From an uncultured Gemmatimonadales bacterium (GTDB lineage: Bacteria; Gemmatimonadota; Gemmatimonadetes; Longimicrobiales; RSA9): DNA of 64,000 bases. The notes under the pieces were generated by a model. The model searched no databases. It saw only the letters and a program-made list of their open reading frames with translations, and was not told where the DNA came from. Of this stretch, positions 1 to 8,349 are shown piece after piece; the first letter of the stretch is position 1; each line of letters opens with the position of its first letter. The stretch lies in contig CAWFKH010000003.1 in assembly GCA_963816355.1 (NCBI GenBank), positions 416,001 through 480,000 on the forward strand, written 5' to 3'. A program made the translations under genes and the position numbers.

Positions 1-155
1 CCGTCGTCGCGGCCGAGGATCTCGAAGCCGACGCGACGGAGGTCGCGCGGGCGCTCGAGGCGCTCGCAGCGCGCCGGCTGCTGCTCAGGACCGCGGCCGA
101 GCGTCCCACCTACTTCGCGCTCAGCGTCTTCCTCCCCTCCGAGCCGCCGGGCTGA
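1..155 (+). CDS. 3' end of a gene running in from the left edge (hypothetical, possibly a winged-helix-like C-terminus)
   Basis: Frame from nt 3 reads VVAAEDLEADATEVARALEALAARRLLLRTAAERPTYFALSVFLPSEPPG, stop TGA at 153-155; codon usage typical of the window. Confidence 0.6.
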   Translation, partial: VVAAEDLEADATEVARALEALAARRLLLRTAAERPTYFALSVFLPSEPPG

Positions 156-185
156 GGGCTCCGGCCCCCCTGCGGGGGCTCCCGA

Positions 186-1121
186 TCAGCCGAGGCTGCG
201 CTCGATGACCCGGTTCGTCGCCTTCAGCACGGCGAGCGCCGCCGCGGTCGTGACGTCGCCTTCGACCGGGTGCGCGCCGACCAGCGGAACGGGCCGCCGC
301 CCGAGCCACTGCGCGACCGCCAGCACGGAGACCAGCACGTAGTCGCGCTCGAGCGCGCGCGACACCGAAGCCGCTTCCAGCTCGAAGCGCGTGCGGCCTT
401 CGCAGGCCGCGGTGGCGGCACGCACCACTGCGGCGGCCGCGGCGCGCGCGCGGCCGTGCCCCGCGTCGACCTCGGTGCCATCGCCCACGTACTCCTGGTC
501 GCGCCACCAGAGGCGCGCCCGCACCGAAACCCGCGCGTCGCGAGCGCTCGTCTCCAGCCCGTCGTAGACGAGCCGGCCGGCGCCCTGCTCGGCGGCGCCG
601 CCGGCCAGCGTGGCCGCGGCGGCGCCTCGCCCCGCCGGCGCCGCCTGCTCCGGCGCGCGGGCGCGCGGGCGCGCCCCAGGCATGGGCGCCGCCGGAGCGG
701 CGATGGGCCGGTCCGGCTGGTGCTCGGCCGGCTGGTGCTCGGCCGTGGCGGGCTCGGCCGGGGCGGGCTCGGCTGCGGCCGGCGCGGCGCCGGTCCCCTG
801 GGGGCCTTCGGCGGATGCGTCGGCCGGCGGCGCTGCGGCCGATGGCGCCTCGGCCGGTCCGCCGTGTTCGCCGATGTCGAACGGTCCCGCCTCGGAGAGC
901 TGCGCGATGCTGATGATGCGCTGATCGATCTCCATGTCGAGCCGCTCCTCGAGAAGGGAGCGGACATCGTGGGCGAGGTCGCGCGCGCTGGAGACGCCGC
1001 GGACGAGGAGATGCACTTCGCGGGGGCGTCCCATCACGTCTTCGCGCACACACGCGCCGATGACGGACGGCAGCTCCCGCAGCACGGCCTCGGCGACGTG
1101 CTTGGTCTGGGCTCGCTTCAT
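186..1121 (-). CDS. Hypothetical protein: N-terminal alpha/beta domain, Ala/Pro-rich linker, C-terminal domain resembling the LeuA allosteric dimerisation fold
   Basis: ORF 186-1172; likely start MKRAQTK at 1121; C-terminus ...GAHPVEGDVTTAAALAVLKATNR resembles the LeuA-dimer end motif. Confidence 0.7.
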   Translation of the reverse strand: MKRAQTKHVAEAVLRELPSVIGACVREDVMGRPREVHLLVRGVSSARDLAHDVRSLLEERLDMEIDQRIISIAQLSEAGPFDIGEHGGPAEAPSAAAPPADASAEGPQGTGAAPAAAEPAPAEPATAEHQPAEHQPDRPIAAPAAPMPGARPRARAPEQAAPAGRGAAAATLAGGAAEQGAGRLVYDGLETSARDARVSVRARLWWRDQEYVGDGTEVDAGHGRARAAAAAVVRAATAACEGRTRFELEAASVSRALERDYVLVSVLAVAQWLGRRPVPLVGAHPVEGDVTTAAALAVLKATNRVIERSLG

Positions 1122-1162
1122 TCCGGTTTCAAATATGGCGAATAAGGAGGGGAGGGTAGTGG

Positions 1163-1232
1163 ACAATGCCATATTGACCCGGTCGCGTCAAGAGGCACGG
1201 CCGTTGCTGCGCTCCACGCCGTCGCGTAAGCT
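1163..1232. promoter_or_regulatory. Divergent sigma70-like promoters and a TTGAC-N8-GTCAA palindrome
   Basis: Minus strand TTGACG-N17-CATTGT (1191-1163); plus strand TTGCTG(1204)-N17-TAAGCT(1227); palindrome at 1174-1191. Confidence 0.4.
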
Positions 1233-1301
1233 TTCCGGCGACACGACGGCGCACCGGCGCGTCGTCGGGCGCGCGAGTCGGGGATCGGGAGGTCGGGCGA
1301 G

Positions 1302-2456
1302 ATGGCTCACAGAGAAGGGCTTTCGACGCGGGCGGTGCACGCGGGCGCAGAGCCGCCGCGGCCCGGCGCGCCGGTGGTACGTCCGATCGTGGAGTCGACC
1401 ACCTTCTTCAGCGATCCCGAGGACACGGGTGACGTCCGGTACACGCGCTACGCGAACAACCCGAACCACGTGGGACTCGGCGAGAGGATCGCGGCACTGG
1501 AGGGAACGGAGGCGGCGCTCGTCGTCGCGAGCGGCATGGCCGCGATCTCGATGACGCTCCTCACCTTCGCCGGCAGCGGCGACCACGTGGTGGCGGCGCG
1601 CGAGCTCTACGGCGGCACATTCGATCTCCTGCGCAACGAGCTTCCGCGCTACGGCATCGAAACGACGTTCATGAGCGGCGAGCGCGAATGGCGGAGCGCG
1701 CTGACGCCTCGCACGCGCCTCCTCTACGCCGAGACGCTCTCCAATCCGCTGCTCCGTCTGGCGGATCTGCCGATGCTGCGGGCGGTGGCCGCCGAGCGCG
1801 GGATTCCGCTCGTCGTCGACGCGACGTTCACGCCGGCGCCGACGCTGTGTAGCGCCGCGGCGGGCGCGGACGTGGTGCTGCACAGCGCGACGAAGTACTT
1901 GGGTGGCCACACGGACGTGACGGCCGGGGTCGTGGCGGGCCCCGCCGCGGTGGTCGAGGAGGTGCGCACGCGCGTGAAGCGGCTCGGCGGCGTTCTCGAT
2001 CCGCACGCGACGTGGCTGCTCGAGCGCGGCGTGAAGACGCTCGTGCTGCGCGTCGAGCGCCAGAACGCGACGGCGCTCGAGATCGCGCGGCGGCTGGAGC
2101 GCCACGGGACCGTGGCGGCGGTGCACTACCCGGGGCTGCCGTCGCACGCGGACCACGAGCGGGCGCGGTCGATGCTGCGCGGCTTCGGCGCGATGCTCGG
2201 CGTCGTGGTCGCCGGGGGCGACGAGGCCGCGTTGCGGGTGATGCGCGGGCTGCGCATCGTGCGCGTGGCGCCGAGCCTCGGCGGCGTCGAGTCGCTGGCA
2301 TCGATGCCGCGCTTCACGTCTCACGCCGGGCTGTCGGCGGAGGAGCGGCTCGCGGCGGGGATCGAGCCGGGCTTCATCCGACTCTCGGTCGGCATCGAGG
2401 ACGTCGACGATCTCTGGCGCGATCTGGGGACGGCGCTGGAGCGTGCGTCCGGATGA
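1302..2456 (+). CDS. PLP-dependent trans-sulfuration enzyme (cystathionine gamma-synthase/lyase or methionine gamma-lyase family)
   Basis: YTRYANNP, ASGMAAI, VDATF, HSATKYLGGH (PLP lysine), SLGGVESL, IRLSVGIED. Confidence 0.92.
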   Translation: MAHREGLSTRAVHAGAEPPRPGAPVVRPIVESTTFFSDPEDTGDVRYTRYANNPNHVGLGERIAALEGTEAALVVASGMAAISMTLLTFAGSGDHVVAARELYGGTFDLLRNELPRYGIETTFMSGEREWRSALTPRTRLLYAETLSNPLLRLADLPMLRAVAAERGIPLVVDATFTPAPTLCSAAAGADVVLHSATKYLGGHTDVTAGVVAGPAAVVEEVRTRVKRLGGVLDPHATWLLERGVKTLVLRVERQNATALEIARRLERHGTVAAVHYPGLPSHADHERARSMLRGFGAMLGVVVAGGDEAALRVMRGLRIVRVAPSLGGVESLASMPRFTSHAGLSAEERLAAGIEPGFIRLSVGIEDVDDLWRDLGTALERASG

Positions 2457-3646
2457 GTGACGACGCGCGCTCGCGCGACCGCCGTGGCGAGGGGAGAAGG
2501 GTGGAGCGGGGTAAGGGCGCGAAGGCGGAGGAGGGGTCCAGCGACCGGCGGCGGCAGGACCGGCGCGCCGCCTGGATCCGGCTCGCGGACTATCCCCTGC
2601 CGCAGCTCCGCAAGGAGCTCCTCACGCTGCTGCTGCTGGGCGCCATCCTGGCCCTCTTCCTCTACATGGTCCACGACGTCCTCGTCGCCGCGGTGGCGGG
2701 CGTCGTGCTCGGCATCTACCTGATCCCGTTCGAGCGCTGGCTCCACGCGCGTCTGCGCAACCGCGGCGTCGCGGCGGTGGTCACGATCACGCTCGTGACC
2801 GTGCCGCTGGTGGTGATGCTGCTCTACAGCTGGATCGAGATCTCGCGCGCCGCCTCGTACCTGCAGGTGCATCGCGAGGAGGTCGCGCGTCAGATCAACG
2901 GGGCGATCGACCGGCTCCCGTTCACCCAAGGGATCGAGATCGAGGACCGGCTGACGGGCCTGGTCGGGACGCTGGCCAGCCAGACCTCGCGGCTCGTCGC
3001 GGAGCTGCGCGCGACGATCGACATCGTCCTCCTGGGCGTGGCGGTGTTGCTCTTCACCACTTTCTACATCCTGACCGATCACGAGCGCATCGTCGCCTAC
3101 CTGCGCAGCAAGGTGCCGGGGCGCTATCAGGGACTGGTCAGCGAGATGAGCCGCAGCGTGCGGGCGGTGGTCTACGGCGCGCTCTACGCCGCGTTCTTCA
3201 CGCAGCTCCTGAAGTCCGGCGTGATCCTCGCCCTCAACCTCGCCTTCGACGTGCCGCTCGCGGTGGTGCTCACGATCGTCTCCTTCTTCATCGGCTTCTT
3301 CCCGATCGTCGGATCGTGGTCCGTCTACCTTCCCGTCGCGATCTACCTGATGGTCTTCCGCCACAACACCTTCGGCGGCCTGGCGATGCTGGTGGTCGGC
3401 TTCGTCGGGAACACGCTTCTGCTCTCGATGTACCTGCGACCGAAGATCGCGGCCGAACGCTCGCAGGTGCTCAACTTCTACTGGATGTTCATCGCGCTCG
3501 TGACCGGAGTCTACACCTTCGGCCTGATCGGCATCATCATCGGCCCGGTGCTCATCGCGGTGCTGAAGGCGATCTTCGACAGCATCATGCGCTCGCCCGG
3601 CGAGCTCGTCCCGGATTCGGCCGGGCTGGGAGCCGACGGCGCGTGA
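2453..3646 (+). CDS. AI-2E (PerM) family transporter with an Arg-rich N-terminal extension
   Basis: ATGA overlap with upstream stop; many TM segments; FFPIVGS, LRPKI and FGLIGIIIGPVLIA motifs. Confidence 0.88.
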   Translation: MSDDARSRDRRGEGRRVERGKGAKAEEGSSDRRRQDRRAAWIRLADYPLPQLRKELLTLLLLGAILALFLYMVHDVLVAAVAGVVLGIYLIPFERWLHARLRNRGVAAVVTITLVTVPLVVMLLYSWIEISRAASYLQVHREEVARQINGAIDRLPFTQGIEIEDRLTGLVGTLASQTSRLVAELRATIDIVLLGVAVLLFTTFYILTDHERIVAYLRSKVPGRYQGLVSEMSRSVRAVVYGALYAAFFTQLLKSGVILALNLAFDVPLAVVLTIVSFFIGFFPIVGSWSVYLPVAIYLMVFRHNTFGGLAMLVVGFVGNTLLLSMYLRPKIAAERSQVLNFYWMFIALVTGVYTFGLIGIIIGPVLIAVLKAIFDSIMRSPGELVPDSAGLGADGA

Positions 3647-3677
3647 CGGGCTGCGGTCCTTCGAGGAGGTCAGGCGG

Positions 3678-6077
3678 ATGAAGAGGAGGATCGCCGGCAT
3701 CGCCGCCGGCGTGGCGGGCGTTCTCGCGGCGTCGACCCTCGGCGCCGTGGCGTACGTCCGCTCCGCGGCCCCGCCCGTCGACGGCGAAATCGCGCTCGCC
3801 GGCTTGCGTGCGCCGGTCGACGTGTGGCGGGACTCGCTCGGCGTGCCGCGGCTGAGCGCCGCCTCGGTCCACGACCTCGCCTTCGCCCAGGGCTACGTCC
3901 ACGCGCAGGAGCGGCTGTGGCAGATGGAGCTGCTGCGGCGCATGGTCGATGGGCGGCTCGCCGAAGCGTTCGGCCCCGCGCTCGTGCCGACGGACCGCTT
4001 CCTTCGCACGCTCGGCCTCGGCCGCGCCGCGGTGCACGAGGAGGCGGCGCTGCAGCCTGCGGTGCGCGCGGACCTGGACGCCTACGTCGCCGGCGTCAAC
4101 GCCTGGATCGCAGACCACCACGGCGCGCTGCCGCCGGAGTTCCTGGCGCTCCGCCTCGAGCCGGAGCCGTGGACGATTCACAACTCGCTCTCCGTCGAGC
4201 AAGCGATGGCGTTCGACCTCTCCGCGCTCAACCATGAGCTGGCGCTCGCCCGGGCCCTCGCCCGCCTCGGGCCGCGACGCGCCCGCTGGCTGGCACCCGC
4301 CTACCCGGATTGGGGCGTCACCATCCTGGAGGGCGCGGCCTCCTCGACGCCGCCCGCCACGGTTCCGACGGAGCGCTCCGCGACGTCTCCGCTCACCTTC
4401 GCCGCGCCGGCGCCCCCGCCCGCGGCCGCGGCCGCGCTGCTGGGCGCCTTTTCGATCACGAACGCGTCGAACGCGTGGGTCGTCGGCGGATCGCGCACGC
4501 GCTCCGGCAAGCCGATCCTCGCGAACGACATGCACCTGGCGCTGCGCGCGCCGTCGATCTGGATGCTGATGTCGCTGCACGCGCCCGGTCTGGACGTGGT
4601 CGGCATGACCATACCCGGGGCGCCCTTCGTCATCGCCGGGCACAACCGCGCGATCGCCTGGGGCTTCACGAACGCCTATCTCGACGACGCCGATCTCTTC
4701 CTCGAGCGGCTCGATCCTGCCGACACGACGCGTTACCTGACGCCGGACGGGAGCGCGCCGATCGAGCTCCTGCCGGAGACGGTGCAGGTTCGCGGCGCCG
4801 AGCCGGTCGCGTTCACGGTGCGTCGCACGCGCCACGGTCCCCTGCTCGACCTCGACGCCCCGCCGGGGGATTCCGGGCTGGAGCGGATCGCGGCGCAGTG
4901 GGCGTCGCGGACGCCCGGCGCGACGCTCCAGTCGATCCCGGCGATGGACCGCGCGGCGGAGTGGAGCGGGTTTCTCGCCGCCGTCGCCGATTTCCAGAAT
5001 CCGCACCAGAACATCGTGTACGCGGATACGGCGGGTCACATCGGCTACGTCATGGGCGGCCGCGTGCCGATCCGGGGCGCGCGGCGGCCGCCGCCCGAGT
5101 TCCCCGTCCCCGGCTGGACCGGCGAATGGGACTGGCGCGGCGAGCTGCCGTTCGCCGACCACCCGCGCCTGCTCGATCCGGCGGACGGCTACATCGTCAC
5201 CGCGAACAACCGCCAGGGTCGGGGCGGCGCGGCGGACCTCGTCTCCACGGTCTGGGAGCAGCCGTTCCGGGCTCAGCGGATCCGCGAGATGATCGTCGGG
5301 GCGCGCGCCTCGCTCGATGCGGCGGGCGTCCACGCGATGGAGATGGATGTCCGCGACGACATGGCCGCGCGCTACCGCGGGCGCGCCGTGCGGGCGGCGA
5401 GGGACGCGGGTCTGACGGCCGCGGCCGACACGCTCGCGGCGTGGGATCTGCGCGCGAGCCGGGCTTCGCGCGCCGCCGCCCTCTTCTACACCTGGTTCCA
5501 GCGTCTCCGCGTCGGCGCGGCGCGCTCGCTCTACGGGGACACGGCGGGAGGATGGTTCCCGAACGACGCGCTTTCGGACGTGCTGGAGCGCGGCGCCGCG
5601 CCGTGGGAGGGCGCCGACAGCGTCGCCGCCTACGAGCGGATCGCCGCCACCGCCATTCGATCGGCCGATTCACTGGTGGCCGGCCGCGCCTGGGGCGAGA
5701 TCAACCGGGTGGTGGTCGCGCACGAGCTCGCCGCCTCCCGGCTGCTCGAGGACCTCCTCCACCTGAACCTGGGTCCCGCTCCGCGCGCGGGCTCGCCGTG
5801 GACCGTGGATGTCTCGCACCTGCGCGGCTCACGTCCGCCGTTCACCACGGTGGCCGGTCCCAGCGAGCGGCACGTCGTCGACATGGCCGACATCGACGGC
5901 GCCGGCGGCTTCATCCTGCCCACCGGCGAATCCGGCCTTCCTTTCGACGCGCACTACAGGGACCAGTTCGAGCCGTGGCGTGACGGCGGCCTCTGGCTGA
6001 TTCCGCTCGACGCCGCCGCCGCCGCCGCGCGTACCGTGCACCGACTCCGTCTCCAACCCGCGACCGCCAGCCGATGA
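3678..6077 (+). CDS. Penicillin acylase / AHL-acylase family Ntn-hydrolase
   Basis: N-terminal signal/anchor; FAQGYVHAQERLWQME; beta-subunit start SNAWVVGGSRTRSGKPILANDMHL; QNIVYAD; HYRDQ. Confidence 0.93.
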   Translation: MKRRIAGIAAGVAGVLAASTLGAVAYVRSAAPPVDGEIALAGLRAPVDVWRDSLGVPRLSAASVHDLAFAQGYVHAQERLWQMELLRRMVDGRLAEAFGPALVPTDRFLRTLGLGRAAVHEEAALQPAVRADLDAYVAGVNAWIADHHGALPPEFLALRLEPEPWTIHNSLSVEQAMAFDLSALNHELALARALARLGPRRARWLAPAYPDWGVTILEGAASSTPPATVPTERSATSPLTFAAPAPPPAAAAALLGAFSITNASNAWVVGGSRTRSGKPILANDMHLALRAPSIWMLMSLHAPGLDVVGMTIPGAPFVIAGHNRAIAWGFTNAYLDDADLFLERLDPADTTRYLTPDGSAPIELLPETVQVRGAEPVAFTVRRTRHGPLLDLDAPPGDSGLERIAAQWASRTPGATLQSIPAMDRAAEWSGFLAAVADFQNPHQNIVYADTAGHIGYVMGGRVPIRGARRPPPEFPVPGWTGEWDWRGELPFADHPRLLDPADGYIVTANNRQGRGGAADLVSTVWEQPFRAQRIREMIVGARASLDAAGVHAMEMDVRDDMAARYRGRAVRAARDAGLTAAADTLAAWDLRASRASRAAALFYTWFQRLRVGAARSLYGDTAGGWFPNDALSDVLERGAAPWEGADSVAAYERIAATAIRSADSLVAGRAWGEINRVVVAHELAASRLLEDLLHLNLGPAPRAGSPWTVDVSHLRGSRPPFTTVAGPSERHVVDMADIDGAGGFILPTGESGLPFDAHYRDQFEPWRDGGLWLIPLDAAAAAARTVHRLRLQPATASR

Positions 6078-7081
6078 GCCAGACCTTCGACATCGCCGTC
6101 GTCGGCGCCGGTCCCTGCGGCCTCGGCGTCGGCGTCGCGGCCCGCGCGAGCGGCGTATCCTGCGTCGTCTTCGACAAGGGGTGCCTCACCCGGTCGCTCA
6201 CGCTCTATCCGGAGCGCATGCGCTTCTTCAGCACGCCCGAGCGGCTCGAACTGGGAGGCCTGCCCTTCATCACGATCGAGGACAAGCCCACGCGCCGCGA
6301 GGCGCTCAAGTACTACCGCCGCGTCGCCGAGCACTTCGACGTCGACGTCCGTCAGTACGAGACGGTGCTCGAGGTGACGCGTACCCCGGGCGACGCCGCC
6401 TTCACCCTCCGCACCCGCACCCGCACCGGCGAGGAGGGCCGCTACCGCGCGCGCAACGTCGTGATCGCCACCGGATACTTCGACACGCCGAACCTGCTCG
6501 GCGTCCCCGGAGAGGATCTCCCCAACGTCTTCCACTACTATCGCGAGCCGGAACCGTTCTACGACCAGAAGTGCATCGTCGTCGGCGCCGGCAACTCCGC
6601 CGTCGACGCCGCCCTCGAGCTCTACCGCGCCGGCGCCGACGTCGCCCTCGTCCATTTCCTCGATCGACTCGATCCCGGCGTCAAGCCGTGGGTGCTGCCC
6701 GACATCGAGAACCGCCTGCGCGACGGCGACATCACTCCGCACTGGAACACGCGCGTGCGGGAGATCGCGATCGATCACGTGGTCCTCACCGACGAGGCGG
6801 CCGGCCGCACCGAGCGCGTCGACAACGACTGGGTCTTCCTCATGACCGGCTACCGCCCCGAACCCACGCTGCTCCGCGAGCTGGGCGCCGAGATCGATCC
6901 GCAGACCGGCATCCCCGGCCACGACCCCGCGACAATGGAAACGTCCGTCCCCGGCGTCTTCATCGCCGGCGTCCTCGCCGCCGGCTACGACGCCAACAAG
7001 ATCTTCATCGAGAACGGCCGCCACCACGGCCCCCGCATCGTTTCCGCAGTGGCCGAACGCGGCGCGTCGCGGGACGGCTGA
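6074..7081 (+). CDS. ypdA: YpdA-family FAD-dependent oxidoreductase (putative bacillithiol disulfide reductase)
   Basis: GAGPCG, FFSTPERLELG, KPTRREALKYY, ATGYFDTPNLLGVPGED, VKPWVLPDIENR, IFIENGRHHG. Confidence 0.88.
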   Translation: MSQTFDIAVVGAGPCGLGVGVAARASGVSCVVFDKGCLTRSLTLYPERMRFFSTPERLELGGLPFITIEDKPTRREALKYYRRVAEHFDVDVRQYETVLEVTRTPGDAAFTLRTRTRTGEEGRYRARNVVIATGYFDTPNLLGVPGEDLPNVFHYYREPEPFYDQKCIVVGAGNSAVDAALELYRAGADVALVHFLDRLDPGVKPWVLPDIENRLRDGDITPHWNTRVREIAIDHVVLTDEAAGRTERVDNDWVFLMTGYRPEPTLLRELGAEIDPQTGIPGHDPATMETSVPGVFIAGVLAAGYDANKIFIENGRHHGPRIVSAVAERGASRDG

Positions 7082-7250
7082 CCCCCTCCGCCGGTCGCCG
7101 CCGGCCGCCGGATCGAACGAATCGCTCCTGTGGGGATGCGCCCCACGCCGGGTCGGCGCACTCCCGACAGACAATTTCTCACCTCCAGGTTAGGATTTCT
7201 CCGGTGCCGGCGGGGCCGCGCCGTGGCGATCCGATGCAGCGGAGGCGGAG

Positions 7251-7706
7251 GTGCATTCACTCGTTCGTCGCTATCTGAAGACGGGGATCGCGTTCCTGTT
7301 CGTGGGGCTCGCCCTGGGTGCCTGGATGCTGGTGCGGCGGGAGCTGCTGGGACGGTGGCCGCAGCCGTACCTCGTCTCCGCCCACGCGCACGCGGTGTTC
7401 GTGGGCTTCGTGATGTTCATGATCCTGGGCGTCGGGCTCTGGCTGTTCCCGCGCCCGGCGGCGGGCGACGCCCGCTACACGCCCGCTCGGGCGGGGGCGG
7501 CGTACTGGGTGCTGACGGTGGCGACGGCGCTGCGGATCGCGGGGGAGGTGGGGCGGTCGTGGTCGTCCGCCGGCTGGCTTGCGTGGCCGGTCGTGGCGGG
7601 GGGCCTGGGGCAGGTCGCGGGGCTGTCGCTCTATTTCTGGACCGTGTGGACGCGGATCCGCCCGGTGGGGAGCCACCTGCGCGAGGCGAAGGGGGAGCGC
7701 TTCTGA
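7251..7706 (+). CDS. 4-TM membrane protein with an AHAH motif (similar to a heme-copper oxidase subunit I fragment or NnrS-like protein)
   Basis: GGAGG RBS then GTG; SAHAHAVFVGFVMFMILGVGLWLFPR. Confidence 0.75.
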   Translation: MHSLVRRYLKTGIAFLFVGLALGAWMLVRRELLGRWPQPYLVSAHAHAVFVGFVMFMILGVGLWLFPRPAAGDARYTPARAGAAYWVLTVATALRIAGEVGRSWSSAGWLAWPVVAGGLGQVAGLSLYFWTVWTRIRPVGSHLREAKGERF

Positions 7707-7818
7707 GCGCGGCGGGCGATCCGTTTCCGGGCCGGCGGCGTCGGAGCGCGCAGGGGGAGCCGCACCCGCGCGCTACGGCGAGGGGTGCTCGCGGGGGAGA
7801 CGAGGAGGGAGGACGAGC

Positions 7819-8313
7819 GTGTCGCTCTACTACATCAACGTGACGATTCACGTGCTGGCGGCGATGCTGTGGCTGGGCGGGATGTTCTTCCTGGCCGTGG
7901 TCGGCGCGCCGGCCCTGCGGCGCGTCGAGCCGGCGCCGTTGCGGGCGGAGCTGTTCCGCGCGCTGGGCAGCCGCTTCCGGAGCGTCGGCTGGATCGCGAT
8001 CGGGGTGCTGCTGGCGACGGGCGTCGCGAACCTGTACTTCCGCGGCGTCCTGCACCCGGCGGTGCTCCATGATCCGGCGTTCTGGGCGACGCGTTTCGGC
8101 ACCGCGCTCGCATGGAAGCTGAGCGCGGTGGCGCTGATGATCGTCTTCAGCGCGGTTCACGACTTCTTTCTGGGACCGCGGGCGGGGCGCGTCTCGGAGG
8201 ACAGGGCCGCCGCCGCGCGCTACCGGCGCGCCTCGGCGTGGGTCGCGCGCGTGAACGCGGGGCTGGGGGTCGTTCTGGTGATGGCGGCGGTTCACCTTGC
8301 GCGGGGAGGCTGA
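7819..8313 (+). CDS. CopD/DUF4149-like membrane protein
   Basis: GGAGG RBS then GTG at 7819; HVLAAMLWLGGMFF; LAWKL...SAVHDF. Confidence 0.8.
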   Translation: MSLYYINVTIHVLAAMLWLGGMFFLAVVGAPALRRVEPAPLRAELFRALGSRFRSVGWIAIGVLLATGVANLYFRGVLHPAVLHDPAFWATRFGTALAWKLSAVALMIVFSAVHDFFLGPRAGRVSEDRAAAARYRRASAWVARVNAGLGVVLVMAAVHLARGG

Positions 8314-8349
8314 GGCCGCGCGGGCGGGCTCAGCCGAACGCGGCGCGGA

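Noticed and set aside
7251..7706. Genuine cbb3 oxidase subunit I (ccoN)
   Set aside because: Only 151 aa with 4 TM helices; lacks the CuB ligands and neighbouring ccoOQP genes
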